This document shows, one piece after another, positions 46,201-59,080 of a DNA stretch of 64,000 nt. This DNA is from Raillietiella orientalis (taxonomy: Eukaryota), in assembly GCA_036172245.1 (NCBI GenBank), contig JAYWIR010000064.1, forward strand, positions 434,001-498,000, written 5' to 3'. Below the pieces are notes generated by a model. It was given only the letters and a program-made list of their open reading frames with translations. It was not told the origin of the DNA and ran no database searches. Position 1 is the stretch's first letter, and each line of letters begins with the position of its first letter. The position numbers and the translations under genes are program-made.

Positions 46201-49149
46201 CGACATGTCAACCCCGCATCTGCAAACCCGCTGTGCTGATTCCTCTTTCTTTACACTTTTTCTTTTTGGAGGTCCCCAAAAGCTAATTAAAAAAAAACGT
46301 TGCCGCCACAGATATTGCCAGGATGCAAATGAAGTAGGCTGCGATTCAAGTCATTTGTCATCTCACTTTTTAAAGTTCCAAGTGCATCCGTCCAAGGCCT
46401 TGCGGCGGCGACCATCTTCACTCGAGGCAAGTATGCAGAGCTTCCGTGTTTTTCAACTCAGACAAAAGTGTTGGTAGAGAAACATCAGACACGAAAAATT
46501 CATCATTTTCAGATTTTCCAATTTTCGCCATAGTCTTGCTCGATCCTTTCCCGAGAGTGTATTTTTTTAAATGAATTTAAATTTTCGAATAGCCATTACC
46601 TTTCAATCACTATGACTGGACTCTATCGTTCTGTCCTTAGAACAAAGTAGCAACAACCAACAAACAAAGGAAAGTGAAAAGCTGACGGTTCCATCGAAAA
46701 CAAGTGACTCTTATGTAATAGATTCTGCTGTTCTTTTGTATCCTTGATGAAGCTGCCATCGTCATAGGATGATGCATGCAAGATGCCGTCATCATCGGAT
46801 GATGGTGTCTTGCACATGGTTCTTGCTTTTTATGCAGCCTTTTTAGCCTCATCGCGCTTATCAAGTTACCGTGGATCCCTCTGAAGTGGTTATTGTCTTG
46901 GCATTCTGCTAAAAGATTTGTAATTGGTCCATACATCAATCTAACCTCACATTCCGTAACATACGGTGGACTCTCTTAGAATCACCCCTGAGTTAAAAGA
47001 GTAACAACCGATTATATTTTCCATTTCTTAAGAACTATTCCCAACCTACAGACCAAAGGAAAGTTTGAAATTACAATACAGAATAGGGAAAAACTATTTT
47101 CAATGCTTTCTGGGACTCAGGAAATGCTGCGCAGAGCACAGTCAAAGCGTCCCTACAGTGATCTCTTGTCAGATTTCGTTCTTTGCAAACAGCATTGAAT
47201 CATAGACGGTTGAACTTGCTCTTTAGTTTTGTGGAAAAACTCATCTGTCGTGGTCGGTATCTTGGAAATTCCAATGCCATCGACTCCGGTTTCGGAAGGT
47301 CTCATTTAGGAGTGAAAGTTTTTTGGAAAGTCGTTATTTAGAGACAGATGCTTCCTGTAACCCAAAGACAAAACTTTCTTCAACAAGAAATTGCAGACTA
47401 CACTGCTTCCTTCTTTAGATGGTCTTCATTCAGTTGCACAGGATTATCTGATATCTTCTCAATCACAAGACGAACGAGGAAATGACCTGCGAATGATCTG
47501 TTGGTTGCTGGGGGGGGGGGGGGGGGGAGGGCAATCAAAATAGCCTTCACCTGCACCCACACTTCCGTATCACTGAAAGTGGCATAGACACTCTGAAACC
47601 AACAAGCCCCCTTTGATTCCAACCTCACAAGGATCAACCTTTCATGCCTATAAAGCATTCCTCAATTACTTCTTGGCTACATCTTGGTCTACTTCTCTTG
47701 GCTAGCAGTGCTCCAGTGGCTTGAGTTTAAAAGCAAAGCAAGCTATACATTTTAAATGTCCATCATGTACCGAGAGATAGCGACGAAAGTATATATCGCA
47801 ACAAATGTTTACGATAGTAAGTTGAAGTTTGCTTCATCCACCGAACGGCCACGCTGCTAAATGAAGTCCTGGAAAGCCTTCCTAAAGGAGAAATAAAACA
47901 TTTACTTGGTGTTTTCTGTAAGATACTCTTTATTGATGATTGCCACACACTTGTGAGCGGAACACGTGCCTTCTTATCAATGCATTTCACTACCTTTGAC
48001 ATGAAGAAAGTTGCCACTTGAAAATTCCATTTGGCTCCTCTAGCAAGTTTCACTTCATTCACTATGAAAGCCAGAATTTGCAAAAAAAAAAAAAAAATCA
48101 GGTTAGAATAAAAAACTCGTGGTGAGATAAAAATCAAAAATTAGGAAAAAAAAAAAAAAAAAAGAAGCATGATGAGAAATGATGCACAGAAAGTCAGCAC
48201 ACATGCTAATGATTCCATTAAAGCACCGGATCACAGTTAACCATTCCCTGTGGTTTCTAACTGTTCTTAGATAGTCCAGTGGAATGTCCCTGTATTTTGC
48301 CGATATGCCTGTGTTGTCTCAATATGCATCACTCAATCTGTCATCAATAGAGTACGTTTCTGCTCACTGTGTACACATTCTTTGCTTGCAAACAGTGCTG
48401 CATATCGCCTGAGTGACGCTCGTTTCGGTCAAAGAATGGGAAGATCGAAAGGTCCGCTTTATTCATTCCATTTCTGAGGTTTCATCTTGGTATCCGGGTC
48501 ATCCTCTGGAGCAAAACGCCATTTGATATTTAGATCACGATTTGATTTAGAAGTCAGTTTCTATGTAGATGATTTATTCAGAAACCCACCAGCAGTTGTG
48601 CGGCATAAAAAAAGCACCCATGGCTCAGTTTCGGTTCTTCGCCCCTGGTCGGTCGTCGCTGTTGATCAAACGGAGGATCCCGGTGTCACTGGATTTGGCG
48701 GTCCTGAGATTCCCTTGGAAACAGGATTCGCGGCTAGGTCTCCGGTTGTGCGTTTGAAGGATGGATGTCACCGACGTCCAAATGTCAAGCTGATGGAGAA
48801 ACAGCACTCGTCGACAAAGACGTCAGACAACGAGCGGGACTTGAAGCTCCTCTCTGTTTCCGGTTGGAAGCCTCGAGTAAGAGACTCAGCTCTCGTTATT
48901 CAGTCTAAGGGACGAGAATCGTATTTCGAAGTCATCTATGTGCTTCGTCCTTTGCTGACATCCGAGTTGATTTGACTCTTGAAAGAAAACTGGAACTACT
49001 GAAAACAGAAAAGTTCCTGCTGATCGAGGGTTCCCACCAAAGTCATCAGTGGGCATCGATGCATCCGTCACGAGTACAAGAGGTATCCCTGAGGTCAGTG
49101 AGGAGCAGCAGCAGCAGTGCGTTTCACCTGCTGAGCCGATAAATCCAAG

Positions 49150-50750
49150 GGTTTGATCATTTCCCATTTAACAGTCTGATGCAGATGCGATTCCTTATAG
49201 TATAGATGCATATGTTTAGCCATATGAGAGCTATAAACCATTTCCTATCCAGAATGGTCAATCGTACTGAAGAAATGCTCTGATTTCTACTTGAACTTGT
49301 CCTACCCAGATGCATGAGGTCATGAGAAGGAAAACGATAGGATTCTTTGTGGACTTACGACGAGATGAAGCAAGCCAGCCAGAGGGAGGGGCACGATAGA
49401 CACCATGCATCTTGGATTGAAGTTCCAGACTGCTGTAGTACTCTGTTCGTAATCTTCGAGAAATCAGTAAGGGTCGTAGTAAGGAAGCTTAAAGAAGCGA
49501 ATTCCCAAAATGGTTACTCTTCTGAGGAAGTAAAAGATCAGTTGCGAGACGGTGGGAAACCCCGAATGCTTGGACATCGGAAAGATTTGAATGGTAGCGA
49601 AGTACACCCTGTGGCGACGATTGGGTCCAGTGAAGAAGCTTCGTCAAACTGCGATGAGATTATCATCCTGATCCATTTGAGATACCACAGGGAACACAAT
49701 GATGAGACCATTACGAAGAACGGGAGAAGGCCCCGTGCCCATTCCTCAGAAGCCGCAGATCCTTGGTGATTCTCTATGCGGATCTTTTTCGGGCCAAGTG
49801 AGTGAAGTTCCCAGCAGAAGCTCTGCGACTGCTTCTCCTTTCACAGAGGTCGAGGAGTGAGCACTATCCCAAATTTGCCTTCTCTGCCTCGGAAGCGGAA
49901 CGCGAGGAGTGCTTTTCCGGATCATCTTTTTCGAGGCATTCTTTTTTGAGCGATGGTTTTCGCCGAAGCATCCGTCAGTTCCTGGAAAGCAAAAGGCTGT
50001 GCCTGGATCATGTTGTCTTAGAGGATGCTAAAGGTCTCTTAGCAAAGGAATGCTGAGTTGCTGGTCAAATTCCATAGCTGCTCCCAGGTCAAGAATCCAC
50101 ATGGTCTTGCGCATTTGAAAAATGTGAACATCAAGTGTACACGATATTGCTGGCAGCAGGTTTTCGGGCTGAAACTGATTCGCCCAGAGTTGTACTGATT
50201 GTTCCGTCCAACTGGATCGGTACGGATGAGACCCTCCGTGAACCTGTGCAGCTCCACTTCGCTTTCCCGTATGCTTTCGAAGCAGGGAAAGGCATATCCG
50301 TAGTGATTCTGAATTTGCAAGTTTTCCCTTCGTTTCTGAGAAATTGTGCATTTCTGATCTGCTTACGGAAATCCTCATCCCTTTAGAGAATGAGGAACTG
50401 GTAAGTCGGATGGACTTTCCAGCTGACCATTTCACTGAGCCGTATCACTCTGGAATAGTGCCTTTCAAGTTCCGTAGTTTTAGGGAAAGAAGGCGTGCTC
50501 AGTGTAGAAGCTGAGATGGATTGTGGATGGATCCAACAAACACTTGGGCAGTTTGGAGCAGTTCCTCCAACTCTGGAGACGCTCACTAAGATATTCCAGC
50601 TGTAACATCATCCAACATCAGTTGTACATGTTTGCATGCACATCGTCTCCAGGAACCTGATGAATGAAGCGACTGCAAGTTGGGTACTCATCTCTCCCCA
50701 CCATCGAATAGGAAGAATAACTTGGAACAGGTTGATAAGCCTTTGATCTC
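49150..50750 (-). mobile_element. Heavily decayed L1/Tx1-like LINE ORF2 remnant
   Basis: Minus-strand fragments in the expected order: FIRFLE.., SWNILV/ERLQSWRN, EMVSWKV, and later KSEHFF. Many stops and frameshifts. Confidence 0.3.
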
Positions 50751-53700
50751 GAATTGAGTATGGAAACAAGAAAACTAGGGTCTCGAATTTTTCTCTGGAA
50801 AAAAAAAAAAAAAAAAAGTCTCGAACTCCCATTTCTGAAAAGAAAATGAGAAATCTCAAGATTACCTGCATGAGAACAGCTACATTTTCTTTCGTTCGGA
50901 TGACCCCGCCCACAACGTGTTCAGAAAGACATACTGAAAGCTGAGTATTGAGGAAGAGAATTCATCTGGAAGCATTCTTCTCAAACCAAGTCGTCACTAA
51001 GCATCAGCTTTTATTAGGGATCTAAAGGAAGTGAGATGAGCTTCTCACCTTTCACATTCATTCATTGAATATCGTTAGCCCCGTTAACGGGGCCTACCCC
51101 TAATTTTAGAAAAAGGCACCCAAACTGACACAAGCTTAGCGAGCATGTAGTTTTTAGCACTCGTGTTGGCAAACACGACTTTGCCGCTTCAGGGAAAATT
51201 TGGAAGGTGCAATATACCTTATAATTTTATATGACTGAAAATTCATGAATAATTCTTGTTTAATCAGAGCAGCTATGTGGAGATGTCAGCCAGTGCTAAA
51301 TTAAGAGGATGCGTGTTTATGATGAAGCACGCAGCAGAGAATGGTATGTTGGAGTGCATTACTTTGTGATTTGGACGGACGGAACTTCCGGAAGAGATGA
51401 TCCCATTAGTTCAACGTCCAGCATTCACGAAATGCCTGAAATGTGAATTTCATCGGCTGCGTCAAGTGATTAACTGTAAAATAATGGTCCTCCAACATTA
51501 TTAATGTCAGAGCTCCCAAGGAATTCCCAAGAATTCTAACACCACTCCATTTACCACCTCAGCATCTGCCTGAATTCTACATGCTTAGGCATAATGATGT
51601 TCTTTAAGAATCGTTAGCTGGTGGAGTCACAGCGGTCTTCTGAGTTTAGCAAAAATTCCATCAGTGTGGTTTTAGGCTATAAGCTGAATTTCATTTCGAC
51701 CCCTCATTTGCCTTGTATTCCAGAGCTTTTCACTCGTCCATATCGTTAACATTAATTTATGCCCAGATGACGTTATTGCTATCTAGACGTAATTGACGTT
51801 GGCAATATTAACGAAAGAGACAGCGGAACACACACGGCACGGATTCGTGGATACGAAAGAATTGAGTTGCTTCTGAGAGTGGCAGCTGTTACCCAAACAA
51901 ATCGAAAGAACATGTGCACCGGGAGGAGAACCGTACAATATGTGGTCGAACCAACCCTGCGGTCCTGATGAAGGAAGCTGGAATCACGATGCAAATGGGG
52001 AAGGGTACATCCCTAGTTGATTGAAATGCGTTTCCATGATACCTGACGGTCAGAGTCGTCGGAATGAAAATTGCTTATGTGGCAATTCATTTGCGAGGAT
52101 TGACATTGGATTTATTACATATGGTGTGATATGTGGATTTTACCTTTCTCATTTTGTTCAGAGTATGTTTTGCACTGAACAAGGAGTTTCTGCTTAATGA
52201 TTTCATTAATTACTTTGCGTCTGTTTCGTCATTTTTCAACCAGCTCGGTCGATCTGTGTGAAAACGATTCAAAGGTTTCATGATTCTCTGGGTCCACAAA
52301 CAAAGGGAGGCTGGGAACACACTGTAACACCGCAGGGTTTCATGCTTTCATTTGAAATAATCGAACCACAACCGCTAACTGATTTCGGGATCATCACTTG
52401 ATTGCTTAGCATCGGTTGTTGCAGCTGATGGATTCCTACAGCAGCGAGTGTAGCTGATGTCTACTAATGTCTGTTTATCTTCAGGTAGGAGATCTACTCA
52501 GGTTTTATTCCAAAATAGGTGCACAGAAGGCATTCAGTCGTAAGGTAACCCTTGTTCCACAGAGAGGATTCAGCGTGCAGTAGGGCTGCAAGGTCCAATG
52601 GTGTTTTCTCTCCTGAATCTGTGCAGAAATCCTCGTAACAATTCCAGAATGAAAATGGGCAACTGACGAAGCACGTCATCAGTGAACAGAGTCCTGCTTT
52701 CATCACACAACTTGAAAAATCCGAGAGCTTAGTAGTGCTTTGAATTCCAAATGATAATCTGAGAAACTCCTAAAAGACATTCATTTACATTAGTACATTG
52801 GGATAGCATGCTGACGGGAGAGTACACGAGTACCAGCACTCCCTCGACAGCTAATGGAAGATTTCGTCTTTGTTCTTACTTTGTGTGAGGATCTCTTACC
52901 GATCAGCATTTTGATCTCATTATGTGATCAGCAGAAGGCTGTAGACTCCATGGTTTAGAAATCCAAAGTCCAGAACCAAGCAAAAGAACTTTCGAAATCC
53001 CCTGCTCACACCTTGATAACCTGATGTTTTTGACGAATGGATTTCTGTCAAACAAAACCTGGGATTCGAATTTCGATATTGCTTTCGCATTGGAAAGAAA
53101 AAAAACACATCTCTTCTTTGGATCCGAAAGTACAAGTCCGACAGTCATTCTACTTTTGGTCTCTTCCGACAAAGATTATTCCACAGCAGTGATCCTTGCT
53201 GAAACTTGACGGTTCTGCTTCATGAAGATCTGTTGATCAAGTGAGGCTGCCTGGGCACGTTTCTTAGGGCGATTTGCAGACCGTTTTCTTCAGTCTGCAA
53301 ATCGGCTGCACTGATTTTCTGGGAGTGTGAAGTCAGCAGGGCCTCTGTGGTCAGATTGGACAGTTGAGATTCTGGCTTTACATTCGTTTCAGAAAATGCC
53401 AGTTCTCTCGGTTCACCTTACTTATTCGATCCGTCAAGAGTGCGTGTCCAGCCTTGTCTTTTTGACTGCTGGTTTGTCCTTTATCGGTGATTTAAGGGTA
53501 GGACATTGTTTTTGTAGTGATCCTGGATGCTACCAGACTGATTTCAAGGAATCAAAGGAAGTTCAAAGGAATCCAACTAACTGATTTCTAGAAATTGTAC
53601 CAACATATTAACAGACGAAGTACCTAAGGTCAGTTGGCAGGAACAAATCTTATACGGTGTTTTTTCGATCGACAAAAGTTATTCAGAACTGCTTACTACT

Positions 53701-54658
53701 TGCTAAGCGTTCCTGCATTGCAAGTATTATCAAAGCACATGTTTTCTATGTAGAGTAACCTGCTCTACATCGAAATTTGAGCACTTCTTTAGAAAGAAGG
53801 GGTGGCATTGGTTCTAAAATGTGGAAGAGGATTTAGATCTACCATTCAAAATATCCTGGCATCAGAGGCAATAGCCATTTTTTTCTTTGAAACTGGGTAA
53901 AAATATTGATATGCGGTTCAAATACACTTTTGTTGAGGAAAGATGCTGCACTGAGTTGCTGAGGATCGACCATCCTGAGTGGACTGACGCTACTCTCGGA
54001 CTAGGAAACGTTTCAAGAGAAACCTTTCCTAGTTGCAGGAGAACAATTCGCAAATGATGACTTTATGCCAGTCAAAAAGTCATTTTTGAACGAATGGTAA
54101 TTAGAACATTTGGTAGGCGAGCTCTGTTAGACAGGTACAAGGGAAAAAATTTCCAATTCTTAACTCGTGCTGATAAATGCAAAAACCAAAGTTTGTTGGA
54201 CACGAAAGATGCGAGGATCGCGGTGTTGAATTCCCAAAATTATCTTGGTATCGTCGTTGTATCCGTGTCTACTTGAATAACGGTAAATTTTGAAATTGAT
54301 TTTCCACTGCTGCTTGCCAACGAGTTCCCAAGTCTGATAAAGCACCTGGTCCTTATATAACAGGATAGACGAGGATTTTTTTTACTGAATACGACAGAAA
54401 TCATTCCAAAGTTCAGAATTTTCAACATTCCAAAAAGTTGAATAATCTTGAACATTTCCGTGCCTCCTTAACTAAACACGGATGATACGGAAGAACATGC
54501 TGCGAGTTGCGCTTTATTTACAACAGACAAAAACACTCTCTAGTGAAACGGCTGCTACTGATTGTGATTTCCAAAGTGTTACCAGAATCCGAGTGCGTTG
54601 GTGCCACCATCCTTAGTTGTAAAACGCGAAAAACAAATCGTTGTTGCTAGGACTGGAT

Positions 54659-54762
54659 GGTTGCCGTCGGACCTTCTCTTCGGAGGGTTGCCATCGGACC
54701 TTCTCTTCGGAGGGTTGCCGTCGGACCTTCTCTTCGGAGGGTTGCCGTCGGACCTTCTCTTC
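54659..54762. repeat. 27-bp minisatellite, ~3.85 copies
   Basis: GGTTGCCGTCGGACCTTCTCTTCGGAG at 54659, 54686 (one G>A), 54713, and a partial copy at 54740. Confidence 0.95.
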
Positions 54763-54911
54763 AATTCCAAGAGATTTATCGATTCAGCTGATTATTCCTC
54801 CGTATTCGGTATCAATCAGTTGGCATCTTTCAGGGAAGTACAAGCGAAAACTTTTACAGATTGAACAGACGAGTCTTGAGCAAGCAGCGTTCTCCTGATT
54901 TGAGAACCAGA

Positions 54912-54953
54912 AAATAGTTACGTACGATGTTACGTACGAAATAGTTACGTACG
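54912..54953. repeat. Short repeat, GTTACGTACG x3
   Basis: Copies at 54917, 54929 and 54944. AAATAGTTACGTACG recurs at 54912 and 54939. Confidence 0.85.
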
Positions 54954-56679
54954 TTCAGATGTTGAGTAGAGATACCAGAAAATTCTCTACTATCTTCTTC
55001 TATTCCCGCGCTTTGCGAGGAAGCTAAGCGTGCATCGCTCAAAGGACATACGTGAAATTCTTCCTTTGGAAAGATAGTTTTCTCTGGAAGATGCCACTCT
55101 GGAAGCTGAAAGATAATCTGGAGGACCGAATACAAAGACAACACGACTGCTCTCCTGCACTATGTAATTCTATTTAATGGAAGGGCCAAGCAAATTTCGT
55201 GTGCACGGCTGCCTGTATCGGTATTCGGAAATGTGCCCCCTGTCCATTGGAAGACGGTTTGGAAGCTGCTTCAAGTTTAAAAGCATGTTTCTCCTGTTTC
55301 ATTGAGAAAGATTCCAAGCGTTTCCTCAAACAGATTTCGCTCGAATTACCTTTTCTCTAATTACTGCCTGCTGTTCCTTGTGCATTCATAGCCAGATCCG
55401 ACACGTGCCAGTTGGATGCATTGGACGATGATGAGAATTGAGAGAAGGATTGACTACTTGAGCGCTTGAGTGAATCGATTTCCGAGTTCGCTTTCAAAAA
55501 GCCTTGACGATGTTGTTGGTTATGCTCTGTTTGTCCTCTGTGAAACCGAGACTGATATAAAATGCCTCTTGCATTGGGAGATGTTGTTGAATGATGTCTG
55601 TATTCACTTTGCTAGAGTATCCCGAATCGGCATGCTCGATAAAGGAAGATGTTGCAGAGTACACTGGTTTGAAAAGCTACGGCTTTTTAAAGCAGGCTAC
55701 CAGGGCTCTTCGTACTACTTCTGCTAAGCGGTAGTATGATGACGAAGTTGCTGGACCATTCTGTCGATGAGTTGTTCTTTCACAAAATGAACTACCATTA
55801 GGCAGTTCAGAATCGCAGTTGTCAACTTCTCAGCCCAGACTTATCTGAATCCTTGAAACCGGAGCAGAAAATACGTACAAAAAGCCAAATGAAAACTTCC
55901 TGTGACTTCGGAGGTCCTTGCGAGGCAGGAAATGAGTGATCGAGAATGGAACTATCATTTCAAATGTTTGCACAAAAGCTCTTCTCTTCCTCTCTCCTCT
56001 TCACAATACTTACCTGGCTTCGAGGTGTCCCATTGTGATCAAAAGGATAAAAACGATCAAGACGAGAAAGAAGAATGATAAGTCAGATTTCAAAGATAAA
56101 AAAAATTTTGCTGTTGGGGACCTTATGAAGTACCCGAGAAAGGTGATGAGATTTGGTTTCTGATGCGATGAATTTCGACTTGACTGAGGCCAAACGAGAA
56201 GTCTGCATTTTCCAGTTTACTTCCCAGGTCCACGAAGGAAGCTGTTTTTTAAATCAATCTATAAGAGGGATTGCCTCATAAGTGTATAAAAGACTGATGC
56301 TCCGTTCTTATTACATCGTTTTCGACTTCTTGACCCTTTTCAATAAAGTGGATGTCCACCGTTCTATTTTAAATCATGTTGGCAATATTATCAATCGGAT
56401 GATGATTTTGTTATAATGGAGAGGTGCTTTGAAAGGCTGATGACGGTTGGCAGAAAAGCAGCATTTTATATTCATTGAAAGGATATTCATTTTGTATTCC
56501 TTGGAAACTACTAAATAGCAGATACTCTATGAGCTGCGGTCGCATAGCAACATTTCATTTAGAAAACCACGAACTGAAGCAGACAACGGATGCCATTTGT
56601 TTCATACTTACAAGATAGTGTTTGTTCACGTGTTTTTTATTTTGTACATTCAAACTCTCGTGTAGAATTGCTTGGAATT

Positions 56680-59080
56680 ATTGCAAAATTATGGGACCAT
56701 TCTTAAAACTGAATATCCAGTTGTGCCAGGAAGACAAACTGTGACCAAAAGCATCGCGAAAAACATTCGACTCTGATTATCCACAACGCTTCTTTCTTCG
56801 TAGAGAAGGGAATTCTCTTCAGGCATCCAGCTCGAGACTTCTGCGCTCAATGCAAGATCCATAGTAAGTAGAAGCTAAAATATCAACACAGTGTGTACGA
56901 GCTGAAATCCGGTAACACAGTATATACACAAGGGTACTTTGTGTTCCAATGCACGCGAGGGGGGGGGGGGGAAACAGAAAACACTTTCGAACTTCAATCA
57001 AATCTTGAAATGGCATGCAGACTTTAAACGTGGCCTCTCTGAAAGTTTTCCAAATTGCTAAAGATTAAAAATATGGGCTATATTGTATACTTTATTTAAT
57101 GGCTGGGCATTCTGATAGTCATGGAAACGCAAAAAATATTGCACTAATGTATGCTCCATTGCCGTGATGAGAAACTGCGGTTTAAATCCCTTTGAAGCTG
57201 AGGATAAGTCTAGCAAAGGACAGAAGTGATCCCTATGTGAATGCTTCTTATTAAAACACACATCTGATACTAAAGTCACGAGTGACAGATAATTTGTAAC
57301 TAATGAACGGATAAAACAGTTCATTTGCTGATTTTATTATCCACACTTCAAATAAATCAGCGATTGAATTAATTACATTGTCGTGGTTAGCAATTAATCC
57401 TTCCAGATGCTCCTCCCTTTTCTATTGTGGAAAGACCCCTCGAGGTTTGGGACCATTGTATTTGACCGTCAGCAGCGGTTCAGTTTCCAACATAAATACA
57501 TCAAAGACCTACAAGTATCTAGGAAGGCCGCTTGGGATTGAAATATTCAAACCTCTAAGAAAGAGATCCGTGCCAAAGTTGAATACATCCTTAATTATCA
57601 TCTTCCAGCTTGGCCAAGGATTGATGCTAAGAAAACTTTTTTCTCCAGTCTCGTACGCTATGAGAGACTGGTGACGCATAAGAAAGAGTACTGGAAATAT
57701 CATGATAAGCAAATAAGACGGGGATGATCAAGACACTGCTGCACCTCCCGTCTGGGGCAGCCAGTGAATACCTCTATGGAGAGAGGAAAAAGTCTGCCTT
57801 GATCTCATGAAGCTGTCGGATGAGACTAATACCTTCATCATGAATGAAACTTCCAGCTTTATCCTCGCCGGATGATGCCGTCAAAACTGAGCCCATGAAG
57901 CTCTCCGTGAGGTGGTGTTGAAGAAAATTCTTTTGACACCCACAGAGAATGATCTTGACCAAGTAATTTAAGGAGATACATCCAGGGATTTTTCCAGAAT
58001 AGCTGGGGATGTACGAAGCTTATGGACCATCGGAAGACAGGCTTCGTTGAGATCAGGAGCAGTTTGGAAGTTTCAAGAAGAACCGCCGATTCAAATCGGA
58101 GAAGTGATTCTTGATATCAGGATGAGAAGAAAAATTTCCTCCTTCGTAGGGACTGCACAACTCGAGAAATCATGGCAATCCCCAGTAAAATCTGCACGTG
58201 GATAAGAGAAAGCCACTGACTGAGTCGCACTGCGTAGCTTCTCGAGTTTTTTTTTTTCCTCATAAATGGGGCCACCTGAGATTCGCGGACTACAGATCCA
58301 TCCACTCCGCAAGGCTGAATCTGCTTGCCGTAAGAGGAGGTTTCAGAGGGAGGGAAGCTGATTCCGCATGTCGTCGTTGTGGCGACATGAGAAATCAGCT
58401 TTGTGGGGAGGGGTGTTACCTCTCAACAAATCACTGCATGAGGCACTCGTCTATATCTGCTGGAATGATGCGATTGTGGACAAGATCAAAATAGCAGCGG
58501 TAGAAATAGCAGGATGGGAGCTGGCGTCCGCGAATCAGGGCGTCCCTGGTCTTGATTCAAACCTGAGGCCAGATCTGGGTATTACAGAGAGGAAACGTAT
58601 GGTGATGCTAGACGTAGATTGTCCCTTTGAGAATGGGGAAGAAGTCTTCAGTATCTCCAGGGATCAGAAAGTATCCAAACACCAAGATGTTGTCAACCAG
58701 CAATCCAAGAAATGAGCCGATGCAAAGGCGCTGGCCACATTGGACCTTTGGGAACTTGGGACCCCAGCAGTGAATCGGTTCTCCTCCTTGTACTGGATGT
58801 ATGCGGGTCGAAGGAGGCAGCTCGTGATTGCCTCATGCATCGTTACATTGGAGACACAGACGCTGGGACGGTTACTGGATGATGCCTCAAACCTGCGACA
58901 GCCTCTTGAAGAGGAGCAGCTTTTGGAAGGGGAGGAAAACGTCTCCGAGACACAGCCTGCCGGACGTCCCGATGAGTGGACGGACCTATTGCGGCGTCCT
59001 TGGTAGCACAGCTTCGGTGGTCAGGAAGGAAGAGTGGAAGATGGGGAAGACCCCCTTCCCTCTTTCATTTGCTTTATTTT
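56680..59080 (+). mobile_element. Decayed RLE-type non-LTR retrotransposon (NeSL/Utopia-like)
   Basis: Ordered motifs LAINPSRCSSLFYCGKTP, YKYLGRPLG, WPRIDAKKTFF, LHLPSGAASEYLYG, RLNLL...CRRCG, NLRPDLGI...LDVDCPFENG (PD-D/ExK nuclease) and GPLGTWDP. Frameshifted; 5' limit uncertain (possibly ~56100). Confidence 0.82.

Noticed and set aside
54659..54762. CRISPR-like array
   Set aside because: Head-to-tail repeats with no unique spacers; eukaryotic context and no cas genes.
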